Source: an uncultured delta proteobacterium (GTDB taxonomy: Bacteria; Myxococcota; Kuafuiibacteriia; Kuafuiibacteriales; Kuafuiibacteriaceae). Taken from it: a stretch of DNA of 64,000 bases. Positions 30,180 through 41,000 of this stretch are shown here, piece by piece (position 1 is the first letter of the stretch; each line of letters opens with the position of its first letter). The notes below the pieces were generated by a model that made no database searches, was not told where the DNA came from, and was given only the letters and a program-made list of their open reading frames with translations. Location of the stretch: contig CAWDML010000001.1 in assembly GCA_963803435.1 (NCBI GenBank), positions 96,001-160,000 of the forward strand, written 5' to 3'. The translations under genes and the position numbers were made by a program.

Positions 30180-31355
30180 TTAAAACTTGTAGCCCTTCTT
30201 CGAGGCCTGCCCCTGGACCGCCTGGATCATCGCGGTGTCGAGCGTGGTGTCGGTGTTCTCGGCCATCTTCTTCTGCTGCTGGCTCACGTAGCCGTCGCGC
30301 TCGTGCGCGAGCTTCTGGATCTCGGCCTGGATCGTCTCCCGCTTCTGCACCTGCTCCTGGACGTACGCCTGGCGCTCGGCGATCGACATCGCGCGCATGT
30401 TGGCGGGCAGCTGCTCCCGGTCGACGTTCGCCAGGTCGACCTTGCCCTCGCGAAGCGCGTCGCCGAGCTCCCAGCTCGGGTTCTTGTAGTTCTGCGACGA
30501 CTTGAAGAGACCGCGCTGGATCGCGCTGCCCTGGCCGACGGTCGCCGAGTTCTGGTCCTCGACCGCCTGGCGCCGCGCACCCTCGCTCCCGCCGTGGCCG
30601 AACGGGATATAGGTCTCGTTGAGCCGCAGGCTCAGCTCGGCGATGCGTCCGTCCTGCGGCGCGTCGATCTGGACGATCTTCTGGTTCTGGTCGATCGTCA
30701 TGAACCGACCCTCGGCGAGGGCCGCACCGTTACGCCATCCGGAGGCCACGGAATCCTGCTCGGGACCGCAGTAGATCGTGTTCACCACGATGCCCTGGGT
30801 GGCGGCGAGCCGCACCACCGAATCCGGATCGATCGGACCCTGATCGAAGTTCTCATTGCCGGCGATGAACGCGAACTTGAGCGCGTCGTTCGCGTGGCTC
30901 CACTCGAGATTCTCGAGCGCCGTCTTCAGCGCCTGGCCCACGAACTCCGAGCCGCCGTTGGTGCTGAGGGCGAAGAGCGCCTCCGACACCCGATCGAGCT
31001 CTTCCGTGAACGGGAGCACCTGACGCACGTACCCGGAGGCCGAGGTGAGGTTGTCGTTGCCGTACTCGTACAGCGCGATCTCGAGGCGCGGCCGCTTCCC
31101 GTTGAGCTTCGCCGGATCGAACGCATTCACGATCTTCCACAGCTGCGACTTCGCCTGATCGATGAGGCCGTCCATGCTGTTGCTGGTGTCGAGGAGGAGC
31201 GCGATCTGAACCACCGGCGCCTCTTCGGTCGTCACGATGGGATCGGGCTTGGGAACCGGCTTGTCGGCCTCGTCGTGACGGCCGAAGACGATCGCGAGGG
31301 CGAGGAGACCGCCCGCCGCGGTGAACAGGGAGAGGGTCTTGAGGTTGGGCTTCAT
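30180..31355 (-). CDS. secreted/membrane-anchored von Willebrand factor A domain protein
   Basis: MIDAS LLDTSNSM, TNGGSE; N-terminal hydrophobic segment. Confidence 0.85.
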   Translation of the reverse strand: MKPNLKTLSLFTAAGGLLALAIVFGRHDEADKPVPKPDPIVTTEEAPVVQIALLLDTSNSMDGLIDQAKSQLWKIVNAFDPAKLNGKRPRLEIALYEYGNDNLTSASGYVRQVLPFTEELDRVSEALFALSTNGGSEFVGQALKTALENLEWSHANDALKFAFIAGNENFDQGPIDPDSVVRLAATQGIVVNTIYCGPEQDSVASGWRNGAALAEGRFMTIDQNQKIVQIDAPQDGRIAELSLRLNETYIPFGHGGSEGARRQAVEDQNSATVGQGSAIQRGLFKSSQNYKNPSWELGDALREGKVDLANVDREQLPANMRAMSIAERQAYVQEQVQKRETIQAEIQKLAHERDGYVSQQQKKMAENTDTTLDTAMIQAVQGQASKKGYKF

Positions 31356-31405
31356 ATTCCAACACTACGAACGAGCCGGCAGATCGTGTGTAAAGGGAGT
31401 GTAAA

Positions 31406-31858
31406 TCAGAAGCGGATGGTGGTGATGGGCGCCACGTCGTCGTCGCTCCCGTCCTGATCGAGCCCGAGCTCCACGGGCGCGGCCGGATCGTCCACCTCGA
31501 TCTTGGCGACCGGTTCGGCCGGGGGCGGTCGCGGCTCGGGCGCGCGGGCCAATACCGTCACCGCCAGGCCGGCCGCCGCCAGCGTGGCCGTCAGCACCAC
31601 GCGGCGCATTCTCTCGAAGGGAATCAGCGGCGCGCGGCCGGCGGCCTGCGCCACGATCTCGGCAGCCATTCGCTCCATCGGGAGCCGCCTCTGCTCCACG
31701 GCTTCGGCCTTGAGCGTACCGATGAGGCGCTGCCAGCCTGCCCGATCGCGTCGCGCCTCGGGGCAGAGCAGGATCTTTCGCTCGAGCTCGGCGCGCTCCA
31801 GATCGCTGAGCGTGCCGTCGAGCTCGTTCGACATCAGGATCGTCACTCGATTCCTCAT
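31406..31858 (-). CDS. anti-sigma factor (degenerate zf-HC2, one TM)
   Basis: LMS..LDGTLS..ER..LE....CPE; coupled to upstream ECF sigma. Confidence 0.7.
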   Translation of the reverse strand: MRNRVTILMSNELDGTLSDLERAELERKILLCPEARRDRAGWQRLIGTLKAEAVEQRRLPMERMAAEIVAQAAGRAPLIPFERMRRVVLTATLAAAGLAVTVLARAPEPRPPPAEPVAKIEVDDPAAPVELGLDQDGSDDDVAPITTIRF

Positions 31859-32478
31859 GCCGCACCTCCGCTCTCGAACCAATCGACGAGCTGTTTACGC
31901 ATATCCTCGCGCGCTCGCTGCAGATCCTTCCTGACCGCGGTCTCGGTCTTCTGGAACACCTCGGCCAGCTCGGTCACCGAGAAGCTGGCGAAGTAGCGGA
32001 GGATCATGAGCTCACGGCGATAGGGTTTGAGCGTCTCGAGCGCCCGCTTCACCCGGGCCGCGTCCTCGGCCGCCTCCGCGCGGGTGTCGGGCCCGGCCCC
32101 CTCGTAGGGGAGGTCGTGCATGATCTCGGTGAGCGTCTCGCGCCGCACCTTTCTCCGGAAATCGATCGCGACCCGGAGCGCGATCCTCACCAGCCAAGGG
32201 AACAGGCTCGACTCCTCGCGGAGCTGATGGCCCTGCTGGATCGCGCGAATGAACGTCTCCTGCACGATGTCCTCGGCCATGCCGAGGTCGCCGTGCGCCG
32301 CATCGACGATCGCGCGGAGACGATGGCCGTAGCGCTCGAGCAGCTCGCGCGCTGCGGCCTCTCTCCCGTGCTTGGCGAGCTCGAGCAGGCGCGCGTCGCC
32401 GAGGGACCGGGTGTCCTCCTCGGTGCGCTGCCCGAGCACGCGCGTCGCCCAGTGGCTCATGGTACGAATCGACGACAT
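31855..32478 (-). CDS. ECF RNA polymerase sigma factor
   Basis: AEDIVQETF, WLVRIA...DFRRK, region 4 LRYF..FSVTELAE. Confidence 0.92.
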   Translation of the reverse strand: MSSIRTMSHWATRVLGQRTEEDTRSLGDARLLELAKHGREAAARELLERYGHRLRAIVDAAHGDLGMAEDIVQETFIRAIQQGHQLREESSLFPWLVRIALRVAIDFRRKVRRETLTEIMHDLPYEGAGPDTRAEAAEDAARVKRALETLKPYRRELMILRYFASFSVTELAEVFQKTETAVRKDLQRAREDMRKQLVDWFESGGAA

Positions 32479-32487
32479 CCGCCGCTC

Positions 32488-33642
32488 CTAGAAGCGGAAG
32501 CCCACGTGGGCGGTCAGCGTCATGCGCTTCGCGTTGAACCGGCTCGGGCCCTCGTCGCCTTCGTCCGAGCCCGCAACCGGCTCTCTGCTCTGAGGCGGAT
32601 CCTTGCCGGGGATGAGCGCGCGCGCCGACTGCGCCGGGCTCGCGCTGGTGCCGTGGTGGAAGACCTCGACCGGGTACCAGCCGAAGTCCATACCGGCGTA
32701 GAGGCGCTTGATCACGATGTTGAACCCAGCGCCCAGCCTCAGGTAGCCGGCGCCGCCCTTCTCGACGCCGTCGGCGTACTTGAGGTCGTAGCCCATGTAA
32801 CCGAAGCCCACGGTGGGGAAGATGTCGAAGCGCGAGCGCGGGATGACGTGGAGCGCGAGGCTGGCGTCGATCAGGTGTGCGTGTCCGGCCTCGAGGTTCC
32901 GGTAGTCGACGCTGTTCGTGTTGGCCCAGACGCCGCCGCGATCGAGGTTGAAGTTCGGCCCCGAGCGGTGGGGGCTGTCGTCGTGATTCAGGCCCTGGAA
33001 CATCACGCCGGTGCGGATGCCCATCATGTCGCTGGCCATGAACTCGGCGCCGAAGCCGCCGAAGACACCCTGACCGTTGAAGCTGCCGATGCCGTGGACC
33101 AGCACATCACCACGCTCCGCGTGGGAGGGGCGGTTCCACCAGCTCAGATGCTCGCTGGTCTGGCAGCGCAGATCCTCGCGCATCGACAGCTCCTCGTTGC
33201 GGAGGCGTAGCTTCTCCTGGCGCAAGCGCAGCTTCTCCAGGCGGCGCTCCTGGCGCTCGCGAAGGCGGGCCAGCCGGCGCTCGGCACGCGTCAGCGGCGC
33301 GTCGGGGACCACCGGCGTCTCAGGCGTCGCCGGCGCGGCCACCACCGGCGGCGTCTCCACCTGCGTCTGTTCCTTCTTGCCGTCGACGACCACCACGTTC
33401 ACGACCTGCGTGTTGTCGTTCTTGTGCTTCGCCTCCTCGCGCGACAGATCGTCGAACATCTCATCGGCATGCTGGCGGACCTCGTCGGTCTTGCTCTTGG
33501 GCGCCGGCTTTTTCTGCGTGAAGAAGTCCTCGTCGTCGTCGACGACCACCTCGACCTTCACGGGCGGCCCGGCCTGCGCGAACGTGGCCGAGCCGCAGAT
33601 GAGCGCGAGGCAGGAGGTGACCAAAGCTGTGCGGATCGTCAT
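32488..33642 (-). CDS. outer-membrane beta-barrel protein with N-terminal coiled coil
   Basis: signal peptide; alternating beta strands; terminal HVGFRF. Confidence 0.7.
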   Translation of the reverse strand: MTIRTALVTSCLALICGSATFAQAGPPVKVEVVVDDDEDFFTQKKPAPKSKTDEVRQHADEMFDDLSREEAKHKNDNTQVVNVVVVDGKKEQTQVETPPVVAAPATPETPVVPDAPLTRAERRLARLRERQERRLEKLRLRQEKLRLRNEELSMREDLRCQTSEHLSWWNRPSHAERGDVLVHGIGSFNGQGVFGGFGAEFMASDMMGIRTGVMFQGLNHDDSPHRSGPNFNLDRGGVWANTNSVDYRNLEAGHAHLIDASLALHVIPRSRFDIFPTVGFGYMGYDLKYADGVEKGGAGYLRLGAGFNIVIKRLYAGMDFGWYPVEVFHHGTSASPAQSARALIPGKDPPQSREPVAGSDEGDEGPSRFNAKRMTLTAHVGFRF

Positions 33643-34628
33643 CTTGCGACTCCTTGCGGAAGAGAGCTGAGGCGGTCGAGGGAGCGAGCGAGCGCGTCCA
33701 GCACCTGCTCGTTGAACTGCTTCTGCTGGAAAACGGATGCGCCGTTATCGTCGAGGCGCGTCTCTACGGCGATGAACCAGCGGTTGGACTGCCACAACAT
33801 GATGCAGCGTCCCCGATGGCGGTAGAACCAGTGCGCGCCCGGGCCGAGATCCGACTTCACGGACAGCGAGACCTTCACCGAGGCACGGACGCGCTCGATC
33901 TCGGCCCAGAGCGACTCGGCGGCGGCGTCGTCCTGGAGCATGACGCCGGTGAGCAGCACCGATCCGCGGGCGCCGCGGTAGCCCCGCTGGAACGCACCGA
34001 TCACCTTGTCGCTCACGAAGGACAGACGCGTGATGCCGCCGACGACCAGCTCCTTCGGCGACTCGACGAACTTCTCGAGCTTGAGCCCGAGATCAGGGTG
34101 CCACTCGCGAAGGACGGCGATGTCCATACCCGGCGGCGGCGTGAAGCGATCGAAGGGCAGCGTGCTCTTCATCAGCGAGAGCGACGCCTCGCTCAGCTTG
34201 GTAGGCGCGACGGTCACCTCGGTCGCCCCGTCCGCCAGCCGCAGCCGCCCGCTGGCCGGAGCGCTCTCGCCCGCGGGCCCGAAGAGCTCGGCTTCGATCA
34301 GCTCGATCGATTTGGGAAGGACGGCGCCCTCCTCGAGGTGGAGCGCACCTCGAGCCACGGTCATGGGCCTGAGCACGACGCCCGACGATGTTACGGCGAC
34401 CTCCGAATCGATCGCGTAGATGTGACCGCGCACAACGCCCGCAATCTCGACGCGTCCATCGATGACGAGCAGGTCGCCGACGACCTGATCGATGTCGATG
34501 ACACGCTTGTCGTGGATCAGGCGGACGAAGGGCAGCTCCGGCTCCCCAGCCCACGCCGAGGAGGTGAAGAGGAGCGCGGCGATCAGAGGAACTCCTCTGG
34601 CTGCTCGGCCGATGCCGCCCTTCGCCAT
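33639..34628 (-). CDS. secreted hypothetical protein, N-terminal bactofilin-like repeat
   Basis: signal peptide (AWA); VVGDLLVIDGRVEIAGVVRGHI beta-solenoid pattern. Confidence 0.55.
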   Translation of the reverse strand: MAKGGIGRAARGVPLIAALLFTSSAWAGEPELPFVRLIHDKRVIDIDQVVGDLLVIDGRVEIAGVVRGHIYAIDSEVAVTSSGVVLRPMTVARGALHLEEGAVLPKSIELIEAELFGPAGESAPASGRLRLADGATEVTVAPTKLSEASLSLMKSTLPFDRFTPPPGMDIAVLREWHPDLGLKLEKFVESPKELVVGGITRLSFVSDKVIGAFQRGYRGARGSVLLTGVMLQDDAAAESLWAEIERVRASVKVSLSVKSDLGPGAHWFYRHRGRCIMLWQSNRWFIAVETRLDDNGASVFQQKQFNEQVLDALARSLDRLSSLPQGVAR

Positions 34629-34686
34629 CGCCCCTCAAGACGGAGGGCGCGGCGCTTTCGTGACCGGGATTTTTAGGTGACTGCGC

Positions 34687-35862
34687 TCAAGCGGGGGCGG
34701 TCGGCTTTGGGGCCGGAACCATACCCAGGAGCTCGCGAATCCGTGAATTCACGACCTCGCCCTTCTGCGTCACGACCACGCCGAGCGTAATCTCGTCGCC
34801 GAAGTCGAGCGTGATCTCGCCGGCCTTCACCAGATGCTGGAGCAGGGTCACCACGTTCTTCGCGTACATCTGGCTCGCGTGATGGGGGACGGTGGAGGCC
34901 AGGTTGGTGGGTCCGAGGACGGTGACACCGTTGTGCACCACCTCCTCGTCCGCGCGCGTGACCTCGCAGTTGCCTCCGCGCTCCGCAGCGAGATCGATGA
35001 TGACGGAGCCGGGGGCCATCCGCTCCACCATCTCCGTCGTCACCAGCACGGGAGACTTCTTTCCCGGGACGGCGGCGGTCGTGACCACCACATCCGAGGG
35101 TGCGACCACCTTCGTCATCAGCTCGCGCTGCTTCCGGTAGAAGTCCTCGCCGAGCGCCTTCGCGTAGCCGCCCTTGTCCTCGGCGTCGCCGGCCTGCACC
35201 TCGAGCTCGATGAACTTGGCGCCGACGCTCTGCACCTGCTCTTTCACCGCCGCGCGCACGTCGTACGCCGACACCACCGCGCCCAGGCGCTTGGCGGTGG
35301 CGCACGCCTGCAGGCCCGCCACGCCGGCGCCGATGATGAAGACCTTCGCGGGCGAGACGGTGCCCGCGGCGGTCATCAGCATCGGGAAGATCTTGGGGAG
35401 GATCCCGGCCGCGATCAGCACGGCCTTGTAGCCCGAGATCGTCGCCATCGAGGAGAGCGCGTCCATGCTCTGTGCCCGGGTGATCCGCGGGATCAGCTCC
35501 ATCGCGATCAGCGTGCCCTTGGTCTCGGCGAACCGCTTCGCGCTCTCCGGGCTGGACAGCGGGTCGGCGAAGCCGATCGTGATGTGCCGTTCGCCGAGGC
35601 GCGCGAGATCGGCCTCCGCGTTCGGGTTGGTGCCCAGCGTCCGGACCTGCGCGATCACGCGGGCCTGCTCGAACAGCTCGTCGCGGCTGACGATCCGCGC
35701 GCCCTTCTCCTCGTACTCGCGATCCAGAAAGCCGGCCTCTTCACCCGCGCCGCGCTCGACGAGCACACCGAGCTTCGCCTTGGTGAGGAAGGGAACGAGC
35801 GCGGGAATGAGCGCGACCCGTCGCTCGCCGGGAAAGGTCTCCTTCGGGATTCCAACGTCCAT
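34687..35862 (-). CDS. pntA: NAD(P) transhydrogenase subunit alpha, soluble domain I
   Basis: GIPKE..GERRVA, PRITRAQSMDALSS, GAGVAGLQA, GGYAK, DLAAERGGNCE. Confidence 0.95.
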   Translation of the reverse strand: MDVGIPKETFPGERRVALIPALVPFLTKAKLGVLVERGAGEEAGFLDREYEEKGARIVSRDELFEQARVIAQVRTLGTNPNAEADLARLGERHITIGFADPLSSPESAKRFAETKGTLIAMELIPRITRAQSMDALSSMATISGYKAVLIAAGILPKIFPMLMTAAGTVSPAKVFIIGAGVAGLQACATAKRLGAVVSAYDVRAAVKEQVQSVGAKFIELEVQAGDAEDKGGYAKALGEDFYRKQRELMTKVVAPSDVVVTTAAVPGKKSPVLVTTEMVERMAPGSVIIDLAAERGGNCEVTRADEEVVHNGVTVLGPTNLASTVPHHASQMYAKNVVTLLQHLVKAGEITLDFGDEITLGVVVTQKGEVVNSRIRELLGMVPAPKPTAPA

Positions 35863-35918
35863 CGGGGCGCTCTCGGCGGTAGCCCACGACTAAAACGGTG
35901 TCCAGTGCCGCGATGACG

Positions 35919-36650
35919 CTAACGACCCGACCTCCGCACGGCGGCCGGTCGGGCGCGCAGGGTTTTTGACCTCTTCGACGAGCGCCTGCGGGCGGCGTCG
36001 TTCATGCGGCGCTCCTGGTCGATCCGCTTCTTGCTCGCCGCCCACGCGCAGATCGGGCAGGCGGTGAGGTCGTGATAGAGCGCCGGACAGTGCTCCCGGC
36101 CGAAGGAGATGATCTGCAGGTGGAGCCGGTTCCAGCGGTCTTCGGGGAAGATGCGGCGGAGATCCGCCTCCGTCTGATCCGCGTTCTTGCCGCGTGAGAG
36201 GCCCCAGCGCGCGGCGAGCCGATGGATGTGCGTGTCGACGGGAAATGCCGGCTTGCCGAAGGCCTGGGACAGGATCACGTTGGCGGTCTTGCGCCCGACG
36301 CCCGGGAGCTTCACCAGCTCGTCGAAGTCGTCGGGGACCTTCGACCCGTAGGCCTCCACGAGCGCCTTGCTGAGTCCCTTGAGCGCCTTCGCCTTCTGCG
36401 GCGCCAGCCCGATCTCGCGGATGATCGAGCGGATCGTGGGGATCGACAGCGCTGCCATCTTCTCGGGGGTGCCACCGACCTCGAACAGGCGCGGGGTCAC
36501 CTGGTTGACCTTCTTGTCGGTGGTCTGCGCGGAGAGCACGACGGCCACGGCGAGCGTGAACGGATCGACGTGCGAGAGCGGGATGGGCGTGATGGGATAC
36601 AGCCCCTCGAGGACCTCCATGATCCTCGTCGCCTTCTCGTCGAGGCGCAC
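35919..36650 (-). CDS. nth: endonuclease III
   Basis: LSAQTTD, LPGVGRKTA, PVDTH, C-x6-C-x2-C cluster remnant. Confidence 0.92.
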   Translation of the reverse strand: MRLDEKATRIMEVLEGLYPITPIPLSHVDPFTLAVAVVLSAQTTDKKVNQVTPRLFEVGGTPEKMAALSIPTIRSIIREIGLAPQKAKALKGLSKALVEAYGSKVPDDFDELVKLPGVGRKTANVILSQAFGKPAFPVDTHIHRLAARWGLSRGKNADQTEADLRRIFPEDRWNRLHLQIISFGREHCPALYHDLTACPICAWAASKKRIDQERRMNDAARRRSSKRSKTLRARPAAVRRSGR

Positions 36651-36651
36651 G

Positions 36652-37065
36652 TCAGCGGGCCTCGACCATGATGCACGGGCCCGCCACCACGCTCGGGAAG
36701 CGGGCGGCGGCCTCGAGGACACGGACGTCGAACGCGCCCGGCTGGAACCAGAGCACCGGGTGCGCAGCAGGATCGAGGGACTCCACGATCGATCGGGCCA
36801 CCTCCGGCGGGACCACGAAGTCGAGGATGTCGATCGCCCCGGGGACGGCGTCGATCGTGGGGTACGCGATCAACCCCTCGACCTCCCGCTCGCGGGGATT
36901 GACCGGCACGACCGTGAATCCTTTGGCCCTCAGATCACGCAGGATGATGTTCCCATACTTGTGTCGAGCGTTGCTCGCTCCGACCACTGCGATCCGTCGG
37001 TCATTTCGCGGCGGCTCCAGCAGCGCGGCGACTTCCCTCGGGACCCGTGCCATCATCACTTCCAT
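36652..37065 (-). CDS. CoA-binding protein (YccU-like)
   Basis: IAVVGAS..KYG, PVNP, WFQPGA, GPCIMVE. Confidence 0.88.
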   Translation of the reverse strand: MEVMMARVPREVAALLEPPRNDRRIAVVGASNARHKYGNIILRDLRAKGFTVVPVNPREREVEGLIAYPTIDAVPGAIDILDFVVPPEVARSIVESLDPAAHPVLWFQPGAFDVRVLEAAARFPSVVAGPCIMVEAR

Positions 37066-38041
37066 GCCACGCCTTCACGTCGGGAGCATCCTGTTTCCGC
37101 TCCTGGCGGCCTGCGCAACCACCTCACCGCCTCCCGTGCACGAGCCGGAGACGGAGGAGGCCGAGCACGAGCCGCCGGACCCGGGACCCCTCGCCGAGAA
37201 GTGGATGCTCCCGAGCCGGATCCTCGACGGGGGTACCAAGGAGATGGTGTCCGAAGATCGGCTGATCCAGGCGCTGATGTCCGCGCGCGCGATCTACGTC
37301 GGAGAGAAGCATCCCAGCCCGCACGATCACTCGGTGCAGCTGCGGATCGTGCACGAGCTCCACGAGCGCGATCCCTCCCTCGCGATCGGCATGGAGATGG
37401 TGAAGCGGCCGTTCCAGCCGGTGCTGGATCGGTTTCTCGCGGGCCAGATCGACGAAGCCACCTTCCTGAAGGACGTGGAGTGGGACGATCGCTGGGGCTA
37501 CCCGTTCTTCCTTTATCGTCCGATCTTTCGCTACGCGATCGAGCACAAGATTCCGATCTACGCCCTCAACGCCCAGGACGAGGTGACGCAGAAGGTCGCG
37601 CGCGAGGGCATCGACGCACTCGACGCCGACGAGCGGGCCACCATCCCCGATCTGGATCTCACGAACGAGAAGCACAAGGAGGCGGTGCGCGAGGCCTTCG
37701 GAGGCCACCACGGGCAGGAGGAGAGCGGCGGGCACGGCGGGATGTCGTTCGACAACTTCTACGCAGCCCAGGTCATCTGGGACGAGACGATGGCGTACGA
37801 GGTCGCCCGCGTGCTGCGGACCGATCCGACGCCGAATCGAATCGTGGTGCTCGCCGGGAGCGGCCACGTGCGCGACGGCTTCGGCATCCCCGATCGCGCC
37901 GCCAAGCGCGGGGCCACTCCGCACAAGACGGTCCTGCCGCTGTTATTGAAAGAGGACGGTCCGACCGTCGATGAGGCGAAGGCCGAGCCGGGCGCCGACT
38001 TCGTCTGGTTGATGGGCGACGCGGTCGAATCGCTGCCGTGA
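37064..38041 (+). CDS. ChaN/Tiki-superfamily lipoprotein
   Basis: lipobox LLAAC; VGEKH....H..QL, IGMEM, AQVIWDETMA, LAGSGH. Confidence 0.85.
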   Translation: MPRLHVGSILFPLLAACATTSPPPVHEPETEEAEHEPPDPGPLAEKWMLPSRILDGGTKEMVSEDRLIQALMSARAIYVGEKHPSPHDHSVQLRIVHELHERDPSLAIGMEMVKRPFQPVLDRFLAGQIDEATFLKDVEWDDRWGYPFFLYRPIFRYAIEHKIPIYALNAQDEVTQKVAREGIDALDADERATIPDLDLTNEKHKEAVREAFGGHHGQEESGGHGGMSFDNFYAAQVIWDETMAYEVARVLRTDPTPNRIVVLAGSGHVRDGFGIPDRAAKRGATPHKTVLPLLLKEDGPTVDEAKAEPGADFVWLMGDAVESLP

Positions 38042-38059
38042 TACAAGATCCGGTCAGCG

Positions 38060-41000
38060 ATGGCCGGGGGCGATCGGCGAGCCGATGAGGGCGACGGAAC
38101 GGCGGCGACGATCGAGCCGACGCTGATCACCGGCGCGCCCCGCGCCACCGTCCCCGCGCGCACGCAGGCCGGTCCCTTCGCGCTGCTTCACGAGATCGGC
38201 TCCGGAGGCATGGGCGTGGTCTACCGGGCGGAGAGTCCGGACGGACCGGCTGCGGTGAAGGTCCTGCCGCTGACGTCCTCGCCCCGCCTGCGACAACGGT
38301 TCGACCGCGAGGCCAAGATCAAGATCCAGCACCCCAACGTGGTGGAGATGCTCGGCACCGGCGTCTGCGACGACGGCTCGCCGTACATCGCCTTCGAGCT
38401 GCTCGAGGGCCACAGCCTCGACGCGATCCTCGCCAAGGGACCGCTGTCCCCCGACGAGGCGGTGCGGATCGGTCTGGCCGCCTGCGCCGGCCTCTCGGCG
38501 GCGCACCAGCTGGGCGTCGTTCACCGCGATCTGAAGCCGAGCAACCTGTTCGTCTGTCACGACGGATCCGTGAAGATCCTCGACTTCGGGATCGCGCGGC
38601 TCCACCTCGATGCAGAGCTCACGGCGACCGGAGACGTGATCGGAACGCCGTCGTACATCTCGCCCGAGCAGGCGCGCGGCCGCACGGACGTCGACGCGCG
38701 CTCGGACGTCTGGGGCCTAGGCGCCGTGCTCTATCACGCGCTCTCGGGCCGGCCGCCGCACAAAGCGCAGACGGTGCTGGCCACGCTGGTCAAGGTGGTG
38801 ATGGACGACGTGGCGCCGCTGGCGCAGGTGATGCCGGGGACGCCGCCGCAGCTCGCCGAGGCGGTGGATCGGGCGCTGAGAAGGAGCCCCGAGGAGCGCT
38901 GGGAGACCATCGACGCCCTCGCCGATGCGATCGAGGGCGCTGAGCTCTTGCAAGGAAACCTGCGGATCCCGCAGGCACACTCCGGCCTGATCGCGACAGG
39001 CGAACGACGCGTGGTGGCGATCCTCCTCGCCGAGGGCGTGACGGATCTGGGCTCGCTCCAGCGTGCCGTGAGCGCCCGCGGGGGCGTCGTGATCCCGCTG
39101 GTGGGCGGGCGCGCGATCGGCCTGTTCGGCGGCAAGACCTGGGAGGGCGACGAGCTGATCTCCGCCGCCGAGGCCGCCCTCGCCTGTCGCGGCGCCGCCG
39201 GTCGGATGGCGGTCGCCTCGGGACGCGCGAAACGCGCGGGACGCAGCATCTCGGGGGAGGTGCTCGAGCACGCCGAGGCCGCGCTCGCCGCCAACCTGGC
39301 CGGGGTCGCCGTCGATCCCGAGACCGGCCGCAGCCTCTCGTCGGTCTTCGCGCTCAGGGAGCGGGGACCGGGGGTCCTCGAGGTGTTCCGGGAGCCGACG
39401 CTCGACTGGAGCTCGGTCGAGCAGGAGACGCCGCTGGTGGGGCGGGAGGCCGAGCTCGCCCACGTGGAGCGCGCGCTCCGGATCGCGTTCGGAGAAGGAC
39501 GTTCCTTCGCGCTCCTCGTGCACGGCCCTCCCGGGATCGGCAAGAGCCGGCTGCGGCAGGAGACCGTACGCCGGCTGCGCGGAGCTCCGGCCGGAACGCC
39601 GATCCGGATCCTGTCGGGACGCGCGCAGCCGAGCGATCGGCGCAGCGCGCTGGGGCTGGTGAAGAGCGCCATCGAGGACCGGGCCTTGCGCAGCGAGAAG
39701 AGCCTGGCCTCCCCCGCGTCGATCGACGAGCGCCGCGCCGCGATCGTCGCGCTCACCGAGGAGGCGAACCTCACCGAGACGGATCGCGACGTCACCAGCT
39801 TCCTCGGCGAGCTGCTCGGCGTTCCGATGCCCGAGACCGTCGAGCTCGCGGCCGCCAAGACCGATCCGGAGCTGATGGCCGACCGCCTGCGGCTGGCCGT
39901 GCTCGACTTCCTCGAAGGACTCGCCGAGAGCGGACCGCTGGCGCTGATGCTGGAGGATCTGCACTGGGCCGACGAGGCCTCGGTGTCGGTGCTCTCCGAG
40001 CTGATGACGCGGACGGGCGACCTCCCGTTTCTGCTGTTCGCTACCGCGCGCTCCGACTTCCTCGCCGACGGCGCGTCCCTTTTCTCCGGCGCCGATCGGG
40101 CGCAGATCGAGCCGCAGCCGCTGCTCGCCGAGGACGTGGTGCGCTTCGCCGAGGGTGCGTTCGGCGTCCGTCCCACCGAGGGCCTGGCGCGGCGCCTCGC
40201 AGAGCACACCGGCGGCAACCCGCTCTTCGTCGAGCAGATCCTGATCGAGCTGGCCCGCGACGGCGCGCTCGGCGACGACGTCTCCTCCCTGCCGCTACCG
40301 TTGACCGTGGAGGCCGCGGTCCAGTCGCGCCTCGATCATCTGACGCCGATGCTGAAGGAGATCACCAAGCGGGCCGCCGTGTTCGAACGGCCGTTCACTC
40401 GGGACGAGCTGGCGGCGCTCGACGTCACGGATGCCCGCAGCGCGATCGATGCCCTGATCCCGCGCGGCATCCTGATCGCGCACGGGCGCCGGCGAGGACA
40501 GGGCGAGCGTTACCTGCGTTTTCGGAGCGCGGTGGTGCAGAACGTCGCGTACGGGATGATCGGCGAGGACGTGCTCGTCGACTGGCACCGGAAGGCGGCC
40601 GTCCATCTCGCCCGGATCCCCGGAGGCGATCTCGGCGAGATCGCGAGCCACTTCGAGCGCGGCGGGGAAAAGGCGCGCGCCGCCGAGTTCTTCGCCCGCG
40701 CGGCCCTCGACGCAGCCCGCCGAGGAGACAGCACGAAGGTGTTGTTCGCCGCGGATCGCGCGCTCTCGCTGGGGGCGCCGGTCGAGACTCACTTCGCACT
40801 CTACATGGCGAAGAACGACGCGCTGCAGTTCCTCGGCAAGCGCGACGAGCAGGAGGCGGTGCTCGACGCGGCGTCCTCGGCCGCGCCCACGATGGCCGAC
40901 TTCGCGCGGGTCGCGACCGAGATGGTGGCCTGGATGTCGCGCATGGGGCGCTGGTCGGAGGCGCTCGAAAACGCCGAGGCGGCGGTGGAGGCGGCGCGCG

